In this document: positions 13,737 to 26,170 of the stretch, one piece after another
Position numbering within the stretch: the stretch's first letter is position 1
Layout: every line of letters starts with the position of its first letter
Origin: Sminthopsis crassicaudata
Lineage: Eukaryota
Assembly: GCF_048593235.1 (NCBI RefSeq)
Contig: NC_133618.1
Coordinates: 653,616,361 to 653,680,360 of the forward strand
Direction of reading: 5' to 3'
DNA: 64,000 nt
Translations under genes and position numbers: made by a program
The notes under the pieces: generated by a model
The model's input: only the letters and a program-made list of their open reading frames with translations
What the model was told of the DNA's origin: nothing
Databases searched by the model: none

Positions 13737-13957
13737 GAAGGATTCTTTACTCTTGCATGGGCTCCTATGGGAGACTAGACATTGGATTCTTCAGAATAAT
13801 ATAGGTTTTATATAGATCATAATTGAAGGAAATATTAAATTTCAGGTAGAGGTAAATGAAAATAAGATGTTATTTTTATCCATTAAAGTTCACAGAATTC
13901 CCTAAAATCTATCTACTAACCCTTTGGGGTTCATGGAATCCAAGGTAAGGATCCCTG
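13737..13957 (+). mobile_element. hAT-Charlie-like MITE (same family as 1726-1982)
   Basis: 'ttcagaataat', 'gaaaataagatgttattttt...aagttcacaga', end 'ggtaaggatccctg'. Confidence 0.55.
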
Positions 13958-15959
13958 AACCAGAGGCTCAGGAGTGAGAACCTTCAGGATATGGTAGTCA
14001 AGAGCTTGGTTAATTATGATACCCCTGTTTTTGACAAGTGGGTCCCCTGAACCTGTTATTATTCTGTGTGTCAGGATATATTGGATTGGTGAAGAAAAAC
14101 AGGGGTTTTAAAAAAATTTTGTATCATACCCAACTGGCTAAGAAGGAAGTTTCCAATAGAGAAGTTTCTGGACACAGAACATTCTAGAAAAGGGGAAAAG
14201 GGCCAAGAAGAATAAAGGGACATGTCTAAAACAGAGAATCTGTTGCATGAGGTGTCAGGGTTTCTGATCTAGGTTTTTCAGACTATCTCACAATCCTTTG
14301 GGGTTCCTTCACCCCTAAGAACATATCCCATTTTGTGTGTTCAGTTGTCCTGTAGGGACCCATCCAGGATCAGTTTCTACAGATGAATCACATATTTCCA
14401 TAATCTCAGAGTTAAAGGAACCATGAAGATCATCCTGTCCAAACTACAGTTGAACTCAAATCTTAATTATCACAAGTTTTGACAGACTCCTTGGGAGAGG
14501 GTTCATGTTTCCTCTGGAGGCAACCCATTAAACATTTGGTCACTTCAGCTTACTAAAATTTTATCAAGGTATCCATCAGATTTTTTGAAATTGTGCTGGT
14601 AAGAACCAAAGCTGTGTTTCTAATTAATATTCTTAGTTCAGTTTGCACAAAGTACTTTTTTTTTTTTTTTTTTTCAAAAACAGTATTCAACAATAGGCAC
14701 GACTTGCTACTATTTGTCTGCCAGAATCCAGGATCTCCATGGACTTCAATAATACCAAAAAGCTTCTGTCTAATGTGACATTATTAAAGTGGGTTTTATT
14801 GTCAGCCTAGCAAAACTTACAATTTAATTTTAGGTTATGTGTAATTTTTATTAATACAATATGCATCTGTTAAAATAACTTTGGATAATGAAATATTTGA
14901 TTAAACAGACCTTCTTAATACAACTATTAACTGGTAAGATTTTGGGGGTTAGTTTAGCTTTGTTTTTCATTTGTGCATTCCAAGCTGAGCCTGATAAGAT
15001 GGCCTGAGGTGTGGAATGTTAATGGCAGGATCCTGGATGGTTTGTTTATTTTTTATTTATTTATCAAATGTGTTGCTCCAGGAGAAGTGCCAGATGGGGG
15101 CCTAGAAGTCAGAAGGACTCTGTTTGGCCCTGGAGCACCAATAAACTGGCAGAAAGGCCTCTCCCCAAGCTAGAGGTATACCTTCCAAGAGCTGTACCAG
15201 CCCTATGGTGTAGGCAGATTGCCTTCTCTTTGAGGGTTCCTGAGAAAAGTGCTGAGCAGAGTGGGTGTTTAATGAGAGCTACAAGGAAGCCTTTTGAGAA
15301 GTTTTTTTTGGTTCCTTTTTAAGAGAGAATAATTTTTCTGAGTTGTCTTTCTTTTTCATGGTTCTGGGAGAAATTTATAGGTGGATGAGGCTAGATTCAA
15401 TTGAATCCATTTATAGTATTATTTAGAAGAACAACTTGTGATAGGCAGTGGGCCATCTTAGTCTATTGGGTTTTGAGACTAGTACTGACACCCGAATTCT
15501 CATACAGGGAGAGAATGTGGAGCCTTCTGGCTTTATTCCCTTTGTGCCAGCCCTTCTTCAATGTCTAGTGAGTTGTGATATCTCTCTGGTTCTTAGCACA
15601 GCTGCCTGAAGGGCTGGTCAGTCTGAATGGCTCAGTTTCTCTGAGCACAACTGAACTCTTCCTGACTTGAAATCTGTCTGCTACTGATTCAGTAGCACTC
15701 GGTATTGATCATTGATAACTTTCCTAAGCATTCCCTATTGGTAAGGATTATGAGTTTTATAATCTCATTGATTACATTCTATTTTCTTTATTAGATGATA
15801 AGCCTCAGAGCTCAAGAATGACTTCTGTCCTTTACTCTGAACTCTAGCATTAGTCACACTGCCCAGTTCCCTTTGTACCTTAAAAAAATTATTATCTGGT
15901 AGACAGACTGGACACAGACCATCCCCTCATTTCTTCTGGACCATTTTCCTTTAGCCATA

Positions 15960-16130
15960 TCAGGGTCTAGGACTCATAGAATCATAGATTTAGACCTTCC
16001 AAGTCATCAGTTCCAATCCCCTCACTTTACAGATGAATAAACTAAGGCCTGGAGAGAATAAGAGTCTTTTCCAAGGTGATAAAGCTACCAAGTGCCTAAT
16101 GTAGGATTTTTCTTGAATATTCCAAGTCTA
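15960..16130 (-). mobile_element. MIR3-like SINE
   Basis: 'catagaatcatagatttag...ttacagatgaataaactaaggc'. Confidence 0.6.
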
Positions 16131-16151
16131 ATTGGTTGTCTTCTGTTAAGC

Positions 16152-16688
16152 TGTTGAGATTGGGAAGGGACCCCAAAAGGAGGAGGGTCACAGACCAGTA
16201 TCAGAGATGTTTCAAAAGAATTTGCAGGCTTGAACCTATCTCCAAGTCAAAGGGCAAAGTTTATTATAATTGTAACACCAATGAAGCAGTCTAAATACCA
16301 AGAGAATTTAGCAAAGAAACAGAAGCAAGGAGATATATTTATCTCATTCTTTATATTATAGATATGCTAATTTTATGGCCCAGAGATAGAACTGAGGAAT
16401 GGTCTCTGGAATCTGGCTATCACTGACCAACAGATTATCTATCTGACAGTTAGCAGTGACTTGAGGAGTGGTTTAGTCACTATTGTCTCAGGAGTTTCAT
16501 TTCTGGGACTATCCTGAGCCCAGAAGACTTTAGAATTCTCAGGGTGGGTGTGGGGGCCCTTGGTCACATATTCCAAAGCCAGATGACTTAGAATCACTGA
16601 CTTATTGTTAAAAGAAGCCCCCTAAGGTCAAGGGGCCTTAAAATTATTACTGTCTCCCCTAGAAGTTATATTATATCAAAGCCACACA
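16152..16688 (-). mobile_element. Possible solo LTR
   Basis: TG...CA-bounded ~540-bp block; minus-strand AATAAA ~110 nt from its 3' end; TGTTAA on both flanks but offset by 2 nt on the left. Confidence 0.35.
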
Positions 16689-17329
16689 TGTTAACTCATA
16701 CCTAACTCATATGGGTTAGGATATGTGGAGCAAAGTCCTGTTCTCAGGGAATGGAATGGCTGGCTGAATTTTTATCAAACCCCATGTAATATCAGGACTG
16801 CCACAGTGGAGTAGAATATGTTGCCATTGGGATTGATTACCCTAACTAATTAAAGTTTTCTCAGACATAGCCTATCACCAAGATCACTTAAGTAATTGCA
16901 TATCAATTTGGGGCATTCATTCATTCACTCATTCATTCATTCAACAAGCATTTATGGAGTGCGTGTTGTATACCAGAAGCAGTAATGGTAAAATAAAAAC
17001 AGCCTCTGCCATCAAGAGGCCTCCATTCTGTTGAAACTGAAGCTTGTGCATTCAATAGAAAAATATGTGGGAAAAGCTAAAGCAGGCTCGATTTAAGCAA
17101 AGAGAATATCTATACCTTCAAACCAAATGCATCTAGGACCTGCAAAAGCCCATGTTGACATTTACCCCTACGACCCTACATTTCAAAAAGACAAACTGAA
17201 ATCAGAGAGGTTATTAAAAAAATAAAAGACAAGATATACCAAGTCAATATCATAAAGGAGCCCATTTAATCCATTATCTTACCATGATTGCATTATGCTT
17301 AGGTAAAGTTTCCTCTCCAGACTCCTCAG

Positions 17330-17540
17330 AGAGCATTTAACACATTGACTTTTACTGCTGGCAAGCCCTGAAAAGTTTTGATTCAGCATTTGTAAGTGTC
17401 TCCTATGACAAGTTGCCAATATGTAGATTATTCTCAAGAATTAACGGGATTCAGAAAGTGCACATCATTCAATTTTAGCCAATTAAATGAAGACCATCAA
17501 TCATTAACTGCTCCTTATTTGGGTCATTAATACACATACT
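17330..17540. promoter_or_regulatory. Candidate enhancer with PBX-HOX site
   Basis: CCATCAATCA 17494-17503 (reverse complement TGATTGATGG) among TAAT/ATTA cores. Confidence 0.3.
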
Positions 17541-20500
17541 TTGGGGGCTGAAATGGAGATACTTAGCAGGAGTATTCAGGAAACCTATATCCTGAGAATT
17601 GCAATGGGACAGTCTCTGGGACAGGCCAACTGGAGATTTAAGAACAGATCAGAAGGAAAGCCAAGTTTGAATCATTCCCAGTAGATACTGGTCTGATCAG
17701 ACTTTAAAATAATGATGTCATTTTGGTCTTTGGGAATGAAAGGCAACAACCAATCGCTACTAATTTGTAAAGATTTATTTTTCCTAACTTCTTCCTTCAT
17801 GGAATTTAAAAAGGCTTCTTGGAAAAATCATAGGAAAAACCAGAAGATGTTAGTGTCTTAATGGAACACCTGATATATCTACTCGCTTTTATCCTGAACA
17901 CCCATGCTCCAGTGCCTTCCTGCTACATCCTACTGCCTTTGATTACTCCAGTGTTACCAGAGCCAGTAAGTGGGCTAAGTCAGTGGGGATTCTCTAGAGG
18001 GGCAGGATTCTTGTTTGTTGAGTTCCAGGTTGGAATACCTGGCCTCTGAGGTCTTTTCTTACTCTGAGTTGCTGTGATGCTATAAATAAGAGTAATGACT
18101 GTCTTTGTGAAAGGAATGGATCAGCTAGGCTTTCAGAGCTCCTGCGGCATATACTAAACTAAGAGGACCCATAGTTTCAGCCCTAATGATGTTTGACTGA
18201 ATGTCAGGAAGCTATAATTCCATTCCCAGTTTAAATGAAAAACACAAAATATAGTACATTTAAATCTACTTCCTTATCTCTGTTTGTTTATTACTGCTTG
18301 AGCCTACATATATAAATCTGGCCTATGTTCCCTTCCAGCTTGAAGCCTGGATCCCACATGGGTAGGGCAGAATCCAGTTGAAAAGTACTATTCAGATGCA
18401 AATAAATGATGCCTTTTGCCTTTGAAATTTAGAAAGGTCTTTTCTCTCAGAAGCTTAGGTCAGAGTGCAGCTAGTTAATCTTGCCCTATCAAGCAGTGTA
18501 AAGTTCCCTGCCCCTCTCTACTCCTGACAATCTGCATTGTAAATATCTCATTAACCAAGATGCATTACATTTGAAATATGAACATTATTTCTGATGAAAG
18601 GGCAATGAAAAAATCAAGCTAATGCTAGCCTGCTGTGCCCTTTTTCCCCCACTGAGAACAAATTACAGCAACAATTTCTGTAATTTTAAAGTACAGGTCC
18701 ATGTGGGTGCTATTTAATCCTATGGCGTGTGTGAACAGGGCCCCTGGAGGGGGGGAAGGGGGAGTGTGCCAGGCCTGAATGTTGGGAAAAGGACCCTTTT
18801 CACAGCAAGAAGTCCCAACCAAGAAAATAGAGAAAAATATGGCTCCTGTGAGGAGAAAGGTGGCTCAGTTTCCTTATCAATCAAATGAGGATTGGACTAA
18901 ACTGTTCCTGCAATCCCTTCCAAATTTAATTTTATGTGACTCTATAAGCACCATGACTGGAAATGATAAGAAAGGACCCTGTGATTCATAGGTACTGGGT
19001 CCATGGGATTTAGACAAGGGCCTTAGAACAGAGAGATCACCTTGCTCAAGGTCACATAGTGAGTGAGTACTGAGGTGGGATTTGAACCCAGTTCCAGTGC
19101 CTTGAGAAGAACCCAAAATAGCTCTTCAACAGTGTGACTGCCAGTGCCATAAATCCACACAGAGGAGGTGGGGGGCTTGCTGAATAAGCTCTGTCCCATC
19201 CCAACCTATCTATCCACACATTTTTGGAAATAGTAGTGGGGACAGCAGAGGGATAAATACAAGTGTTAAGCAAGAAGGGGTATGTGAGTGGGAACCTTTT
19301 TCCAAAGTGATGAGTCCATCAGACAATGTGTCTGTGCTAAGACAACCTTGTATCATAATAACATTTGTTTTCTTAACCTCATAAGCATCCACTGTGGCAC
19401 AATGGATGGAAACCTGGCCTCTGTCATTGAAATCTGGATTTAACTTTGGCTTCTGACACAACTTAGTTCTATAAACCTGAATAAATCATTAAATTTCTCA
19501 TGCAGAGAATTTTTTTTGAGGGGGGAGGCATTCTTCATCTATGAAACAGTGTGAAAAAAAGACATGGAGGTTTAGAATGGGGAAATTTATTAGGGGAGTG
19601 GGCAGTAATCCAGGATGGCTGAAACCCAGAAGAAGGTAACAAAGAGGGATGGGAGAAAATGTTGGAAAGGTAAATTCAGGTCAAATCTCACAAGTCATAT
19701 AGGAACCAATTTGTATACTGAAGTACTTTGCACTGTGTGGGCACTTAATAAATGTTAATTGCTTATAATTGAATTAAATTCAGGGCTGAACCATTTTGAA
19801 ATAAAGAGTCCAATGCAGAGTGAGGAATATGGTAGACCTGGTGATTTTTGCTTAATTTTATTTTTATGAGGAAACATTAGAAAGAAGTAATATGTTTTCT
19901 TAAAGCAGCAAGTTAAATTAATCCTTGATTTAAAACCAAAGTTGTTTCTTTTGTAACCAAACCAATTTAAATTCTCTCTTTTTTTGTATCCCTGGCACTT
20001 AGCACAGTTTCTGGCACATAATAAGTACTTGATAAAAATTGATTGATTGAAGCAATATGTTTTTAAAAGAATTAATTAAAGAAAACTTAAAAAAAAAGGA
20101 TACAGTTCATTGGAGAAACAATGGAGTTGCTAAAGGGATGGGGTGCAGGCTGGTCATACACTTTGGGTAAAAATCACAACTTGATTCCCAGAACAGTCCC
20201 ACCCTCTAATACTGGAGACAACATAAGAGGGTCAAAGTCAGAGGCTCTTCAAGGAGAGAGACAATGAAATACTTGCATCCACTCCAAAAGAAAGCTGATA
20301 GGGGTCCTGACTTTTTATCAGGACATTGTCAAAGCCCAAATATTGACCCAACTTGACAGGGTTATCCCTGACAACCCTTGGCAACTTTTGCTTACATATG
20401 CCCATGATGATGACCTTTTACCCTCAATCCTGGCTCCCACACAGACATCCAGTGATCCCTCAAAGAACAAACTTCAGCTCCCTTCAGGCTCCCATTAGAA

Positions 20501-22106
20501 GCCATCCTGATAGAGAGAATAGAGAGATTACATAGAGGAATTTGCTGCTTCCTAGAGACAGGACCTTTCTTAAAGTAGAAGTGGACACTGATAGTCTGGA
20601 ACATGAATGCCAGCAATCACCTGTGCATCAGGCATTAAGAAACAAATCCATCCAGTCAACACCCACCATGTGTACATTTTTGCACATTTGTAAGCGGTTA
20701 GCAAAAGACTGATCTTACATATTTGAGAAGCACACTCATTTGCTAGAGAAAAACAAATTCCTCCCTCCATTTTTTCCTGTTTCCCTCTTTTCTTGTATTC
20801 AACCTCCTGACTTTTCTAAATCTTTTCAGACATATTTAATTTTTAAAGTTTTAAAAAATTTATATTTCTGCTTTCAGAGCCAAAAAGTAATACTGGAAGA
20901 ACAGCATTACCCAACTTCATTCTCCCTTCAACATCTAAAACTTTTGAGTTCACCTCTAGGGTGGAAGATCTTTGGAAGATCTTTTAAAGCTAGTTAGATA
21001 ACTTCACTCACTTAAGACCTATTTGGTCAGGATAAAGAAGAAAAGTAGGAAAACAGAAGAGTTTGTTTTGACCAACGATAGAGCAGTGATTTTTAAGGCA
21101 GATGACCTGAGTTCATATCTTAGTGTCACCCTATGGTGACCTTAGAAAAGTCACTTTATATATTTGGAACTCAGTTTCCTAATATAAAATAAAATAATTT
21201 GAACAGGTGACCTCTAAGATCACTTCCAGCTCTATAACTATATAACCTCTGAAAACATTTTCATATCCTTTATGAAACACCTTTGGGTTTAAAGAAAGCT
21301 GAGACAGATTTCCTACCCTTGAGAAATTATCTAACACATATATATACCAAAAGAAAACTAAACTAAATACATGGAGGCCTGAGTGATCAAGGGCAAAAGG
21401 TAGGACTGACTGGTCCTATGATTTCATTAATATAGACGGCATACAGATCCAGGTCTTCTTTGAGATTTATCATCTTAGACATTTGTCTAATTGTCAACTG
21501 CCTGGGAATCCTGAGAAGTTAAAATTTGCTCAGAGTATTACAGAAGACCTAAAGGTGAGGGTCCTAAACACTTGACCAAGAGGTCAGCTTTCTAACCACC
21601 AAATCACATCACCAGTGAAATAAATAAAGGGGGTATGTGGTTTGTTTTGACTGATGATAAGTAAATTGGATATCCTGAAAAGAGAAATGGTGTCCTAGTC
21701 TGAAGATGTGGATTCTGATCTCATTTTACTATCAATATGGCCTTAGGCAACCTGTCTGGATGGGGGAAGAGGGGAATTATTCATCCAAGGTCACATATCT
21801 GTCCTTCAACCAAGATCTTGGAGAGAAGCAAACAATCATATAGGTAGAAGTGGAAAGGCATTTGGAGGTCAGGTACACAATGTAGAGAGAAAGTATTGTG
21901 CAAGGTCAAAGGAGAAAGTGTTTAAAGTGATCTGTGAACCAGTATGGTTGGGGTCAGTTTCAAGCTGGAAAACTATTAGCTCATTGCCTTGAAGGCTAAA
22001 TTAGGAATTAAGTAGATTGAAAGGGAGAAGAGATGAATGAGACTCTTTAAGGCTTGCTCTACCACCATGTCCAAAGGCCTATTGGTGATTCTCAAGAAGG
22101 TTACTG

Positions 22107-22310
22107 ATAAGCCCTATTATTATAACAGGGCTTATTATAATATATTATAATATAACATATTATATATGTTATTATAACAGGGCTTATTATAATATATATA
22201 TATTTAATTATTATATTATATATATTTATATATATATATATATTTAATTATAATATATTATAATATATATATATATATTTTATATAATATTACATATATA
22301 TAAAATAACT
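22107..22310. repeat. AT-rich low-complexity insert with internal inverted and direct repeats
   Basis: ataagccct/agggcttat inverted pair; 24-mer repeated at 22117 and 22169. Confidence 0.85.
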
Positions 22311-22334
22311 TACCAATAGTTAACCATGCTTCCC

Positions 22335-22525
22335 AGTGTTAGATGGTAGGGTAAATAGAGATCCAGCCCTTGAATCAGGAAAACTCATCTTCAAATCCAG
22401 ATTCAGATACTTACTAGCTATGTAACCCTGAGCAGGTCATTTTACCCTGTTTGCCTCAGTTTCCTCACCTGTAAAATGAGCTCAAGAAGGGCAAACCACT
22501 CTCAGACAACAACCCAACAACAAAG
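22335..22525 (+). mobile_element. MAR1-type SINE
   Basis: tRNA head, CORE and RTE-like tail ('gaagggcaaaccactc...caacaacaa'). Confidence 0.7.
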
Positions 22526-22580
22526 AACAAGGAGGGGAGCTTACATCAGAGAACTCAGTAACTGATTATTGAACTTCACC

Positions 22581-22850
22581 TAAAGCTATTGAACTAATCC
22601 TCAACAAGGTCTACTAGGTTCCAATAAAACCCTTGCATGCTTCTCATGTGAAGGGAGATTCATGAGGAATTGCAACCATTCATTCACCTTACTGCCTGCT
22701 CTCCAGGGCCTCACAGAATGAGGTGTATCCCTGGAGAAGATTGCTTCCCAAAATTGGAAAAAGCTTTAAGGGAATAGTTTCTACCTAAATAAGTTGGTTT
22801 TCTGGATGCTAATGGCAATTGTCAGTTGACAATATGTGAGCAGCCTCCTC
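22581..22850 (+). repeat. Duplicated module, copy A
   Basis: 22605-22680 matches 24201-24276 at 68/76 nt without gaps; second block 22728-22807 matches 24320-24399. Confidence 0.85.
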
Positions 22851-23784
22851 CTTAGCTCTGAAATTTTGAGGCCATTTTTCTGCTCTGAGAGGTGCTCAGA
22901 AGTGCTTCCCCACATTGTAGCCTCTAAAACTCTTGGCCATAGGGCTACAAAAGAAGATCCATTTTAACTGCCCTCTCTTGAATGGAGACAACTTGAGTGA
23001 ATTAAATCAGTCTATATAAAAGGAAATAAGCAAAGTGAGAGCAGGGTGTGTTTTGACTGATGATGAATAGTTTATCATTCTGAATCAGTTCCACATTTGC
23101 TGTTCTTTTATGTGGGCCCAGAGGAAGTATGATGAAAGTAGTCTCAGATAATTCAAAGCTAAGTGTAGGGAAAAGACATTAGGGTCATCTGACAGGTCTT
23201 TCTGCCTTCCCTCCCAAAGTAGAAAACTCACTTCTAAAACCATCTCACAGAAGATGATCTAGGTGTACTCAGTAAGTCAACCCTTCCCCTCAACAGACAG
23301 CTCTAATTAGAAAACCTTTCCTTTTTGTTAAACAGAAAAGCCCTAGTCCTTCCCTCTGAAGCTATTCTGTCTTCCATATGACTTGAAGGGAGATATTGCC
23401 TTCACATTTCTCCTTGTCTCCTTTTCTCCAGATTAAAAAAACCCAGATTCCCAAGTTTTTTTCTCAGAGGATTGGGTTCCTAGGTCCTTCACCATCTCAG
23501 CTGTGCTCTTCTGAATGAGATCTAGTTTGTCAAGAAGAAATAAATAAAAATTTTATTGTGTTTACTATATGTGTCAAACATATTGGGGTACCCAGACTAG
23601 ACCCATATTCCAAATATGGGCAAATCTTTTAAATTTTCTGTGTTTTAGTTTCTTCATTATGAAATTGAAGGTGGAGAGGAGAAGTTGGGATAAATAATTT
23701 TTAAAGTCCCTTCTAGGACTAAGATTCTATAACTTCAAAATCAGAGTAAAATCAAACTGTTTTCTTCTTTGATTCAAACAAAGA

Positions 23785-23985
23785 CACCAACATCATCTAC
23801 CACCTACATCCCAGGCCATCCATCACCATCCATTATGTCACTGGATGTCAGTGACTGGAAGGGAGTGTGAGGCTGACAACTTTGGGCAGCTCAGTCTCAC
23901 AACTCCAATTTGTGAGCAAGTCAAGATATCACCTTCTGATGTCATTGATCCTCTTTGAAAATGAAGGATCAAAAGCAACAAAAGC
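23785..23985 (+). mobile_element. RTE-related SINE (WALLSI-like) 3' part
   Basis: 'gtgtgaggctgacaactttgggcagc...tcattgatcctctttgaaaatgaagga' RTE-type tail. Confidence 0.65.
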
Positions 23986-24167
23986 ATTTCTATTAGGGCA
24001 GTCCAATGTTCCATTAGTTAAATTATCATTGTGAGATTCCTTTCCAAACTGGTAGTCAGTAAGTTTGGGGTTTAATAGGGGAGGAATTGGGTTAGCAGAA
24101 GAAATCACAACCTATTTCAATGGATCTCTCTCTCTCTCTCTCTCTTTCTAGCTTTTTGAGTCCTCAC

Positions 24168-24430
24168 AAAGCTATTTACAATTGTTCAACTACTACTTAG
24201 CAAGGTCCACTGGGCTCCAATAAAACCCTTGCCTACTTCTCAAGTGAAGGGAGATTCATGAGGAATTTCAATCATTGTTCCTATGCTATTTGTCTAAGAA
24301 TGAAAGCCATGGTTGATAGTCCCTGGAGATGATTGCTCCCCAAAATTGAGACCAACTGTAAGGAATAAGCTTCTCCCTCAATAAGCTGCTTTTCTGTATC
24401 ATGATGACAATGATTAGGCAAATTGCATCT
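24168..24430 (+). repeat. Duplicated module, copy B
   Basis: Direct repeat of 22581-22850, offset about 1.6 kb. Confidence 0.85.
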
Positions 24431-24654
24431 TGCTCTATTCATGGAGGCAGATCTTTGGAAGAATAGACCCTCTCCTTTTAGTATCTGCCAAAAAGAAGGC
24501 TGGATCTAGGCAAAACAGCAACCTATTGGTATTTGCTTTTATTTGTCTCCATCACCAAAATGGCTTTTCTCTCTTTTCTCCACCACCTTCCCATCAGGAA
24601 TTCAGCTCTGCCGTATTCATTTTTGGTTGCCAAGGACTTGTTGCTGAAGCTTTC

Positions 24655-24890
24655 CTTAGGTTAGGTGCAGTGGAGAGAAGTTAGAACTTGGAGGCAGGAA
24701 AACCTGAGTTCAAAATTGTGTCAGACTGATTAGCTGTGTGATCCTGCTCAGTTTCATTTTCCTCATTTTCATAAATGGAGATAATAATAGCACCCATCTT
24801 TTATCAGCTAAAGTAGGAGTTAACTGAGATCATATATGAAGTCTTCTGTAAGTTTTAAAACTCTCTATAAATGTAATTACTACATTGTTA
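24655..24890 (+). mobile_element. MIR-type SINE
   Basis: 'aggcaggaaaacctgagttcaaa...ctcagtttc...ataataatagcaccc'. Confidence 0.7.
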
Positions 24891-24931
24891 TTATTATTAT
24901 TATTAATCTATCTTATGTGCATCTGTCTATT

Positions 24932-25081
24932 TTTTTTTTTTTGGCTGAGGCAATTGGGATGTAATGATTTGCCCAGGGTCACACAGTTAGGAAGTATTAA
25001 GTGTCTGAGCCTAGATTTGAACTCAGGTCTTCCTAACTTCAGGGCTGGTACTCTATCCACTGCATCAACTAGTTGCCCCCT
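24932..25081 (-). mobile_element. WSINE1-like SINE
   Basis: Near-consensus head and poly(A); 12-bp TSD catctgtctatt at 24920-24931 and 25082-25093. Confidence 0.9.
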
Positions 25082-25404
25082 CATCTGTCTATTCTATCTT
25101 GTGCCCACTCTCTCAGCCCTTTCCCATCTAATAAGAAGATCTAAGTCAATGTTGGATATAAATAAATTAACATAATAGATTAGCTCTACCAGTTAAAATC
25201 CTCATTCATTAATAAAGATCTTTCAGAGGGTTACAGGATTACATATTTAGAGATGGAAAAGATGTCACAGACATACTAGTCCAATACCCCCATTTTACAA
25301 ATGATTAAATTAAGGCCTAGAGGGGTCAAGTGACTTTGTCCAAAGTGACACAAGTGGTAAGTAGCAAGAGTTGGGATTTCAATCTACATCTGTCATTCTG
25401 TCTT

Positions 25405-25980
25405 TTTAGAAATTAAATTTATTTGTGATCTTTTAAGTTCCAAATTGCTACCTCCCATCCTTCTCCACTCTGCACTAAAGAAGCTAACATTTGACTCAGA
25501 TAGATGAATAAAGATATACACACACACACATAGAAAAATATGTGTGTATGTGTATATGTAAAATCATATTATGCTACTTCTATTGATCAGTTTTTTCTCT
25601 GGAGGTAGATATCATCTTCCTTTGTAGTTGATTTGAAATACTCAGAATGACTTGGCTATTCACATCTATTCTTGGAAAAGATATTGCTGTTACTGTATAC
25701 AATGTTCTCACTTTTTATTGTTTAATGAAAGCTTTTCAATGTCTTTTTTTAAATCAACCTGCTAATCATTTCTTATAGCACAATAATATTCCATTACAAT
25801 CATATATCACAACTTGTTTGGCCATTTCCCACCTGATGGGCCTCCCCTCAATTTTTAGTTCTTTGCCACCACAAAAAGAGCTGCTATAAATATTTTAGAA
25901 CATATAGGTTCTTTTCTTCCCTGATTACCTTGGAAAATAGACCTAACAGTGGTATTTCTAGGTCAAAAAGTTTTTGTGCA
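25405..25980 (-). mobile_element. Old L1 3' end (outermost layer of nest, left part)
   Basis: Reverse complement matches L1 ORF2 C-terminus (tttgacctagaaataccactgttaggtct) and an old marsupial 3'UTR; continues at 34107. Confidence 0.75.
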
Positions 25981-26170
25981 TATTAGGTCTGTATCCCAAG
26001 GAAATCAAAAAGGAGGGAAAAGGATACATGTATGCAAAAATGTTTGTCACAGCTCTTAATTCTAGTGGCAAAGAATTGGAAAATTAGTAGATGTCCATCA
26101 ATTGGGGAATGACTGAATAAGTTATGGTATATGAAGGTACTAGATTATTATTCCATAAAAAAAAATTATG
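25981..26170 (+). mobile_element. 5'-truncated host L1, piece 1
   Basis: Homologous to 32250-32430 of the young L1; resumes at 32906. Confidence 0.8.

Noticed and set aside
13619-13804. 61-aa ORF considered as a viral or pseudogene fragment
   Set aside because: Runs into a hAT MITE and shows no recognisable motif; I saw no endogenous viral ORF anywhere in the window.
23055-23095. Box C (ATGATGA) and box D (CTGA) with terminal stem, snoRNA-like
   Set aside because: Boxes are only ~15 nt apart, far too short for a C/D snoRNA.
25920-26010. Two L1 pieces meeting head-to-head at nearly the same L1 coordinate (twin-priming inversion?)
   Set aside because: The pieces overlap in L1 coordinates and have different 3'UTRs, and the minus-strand copy resumes at 34107, so this is a nested insertion.
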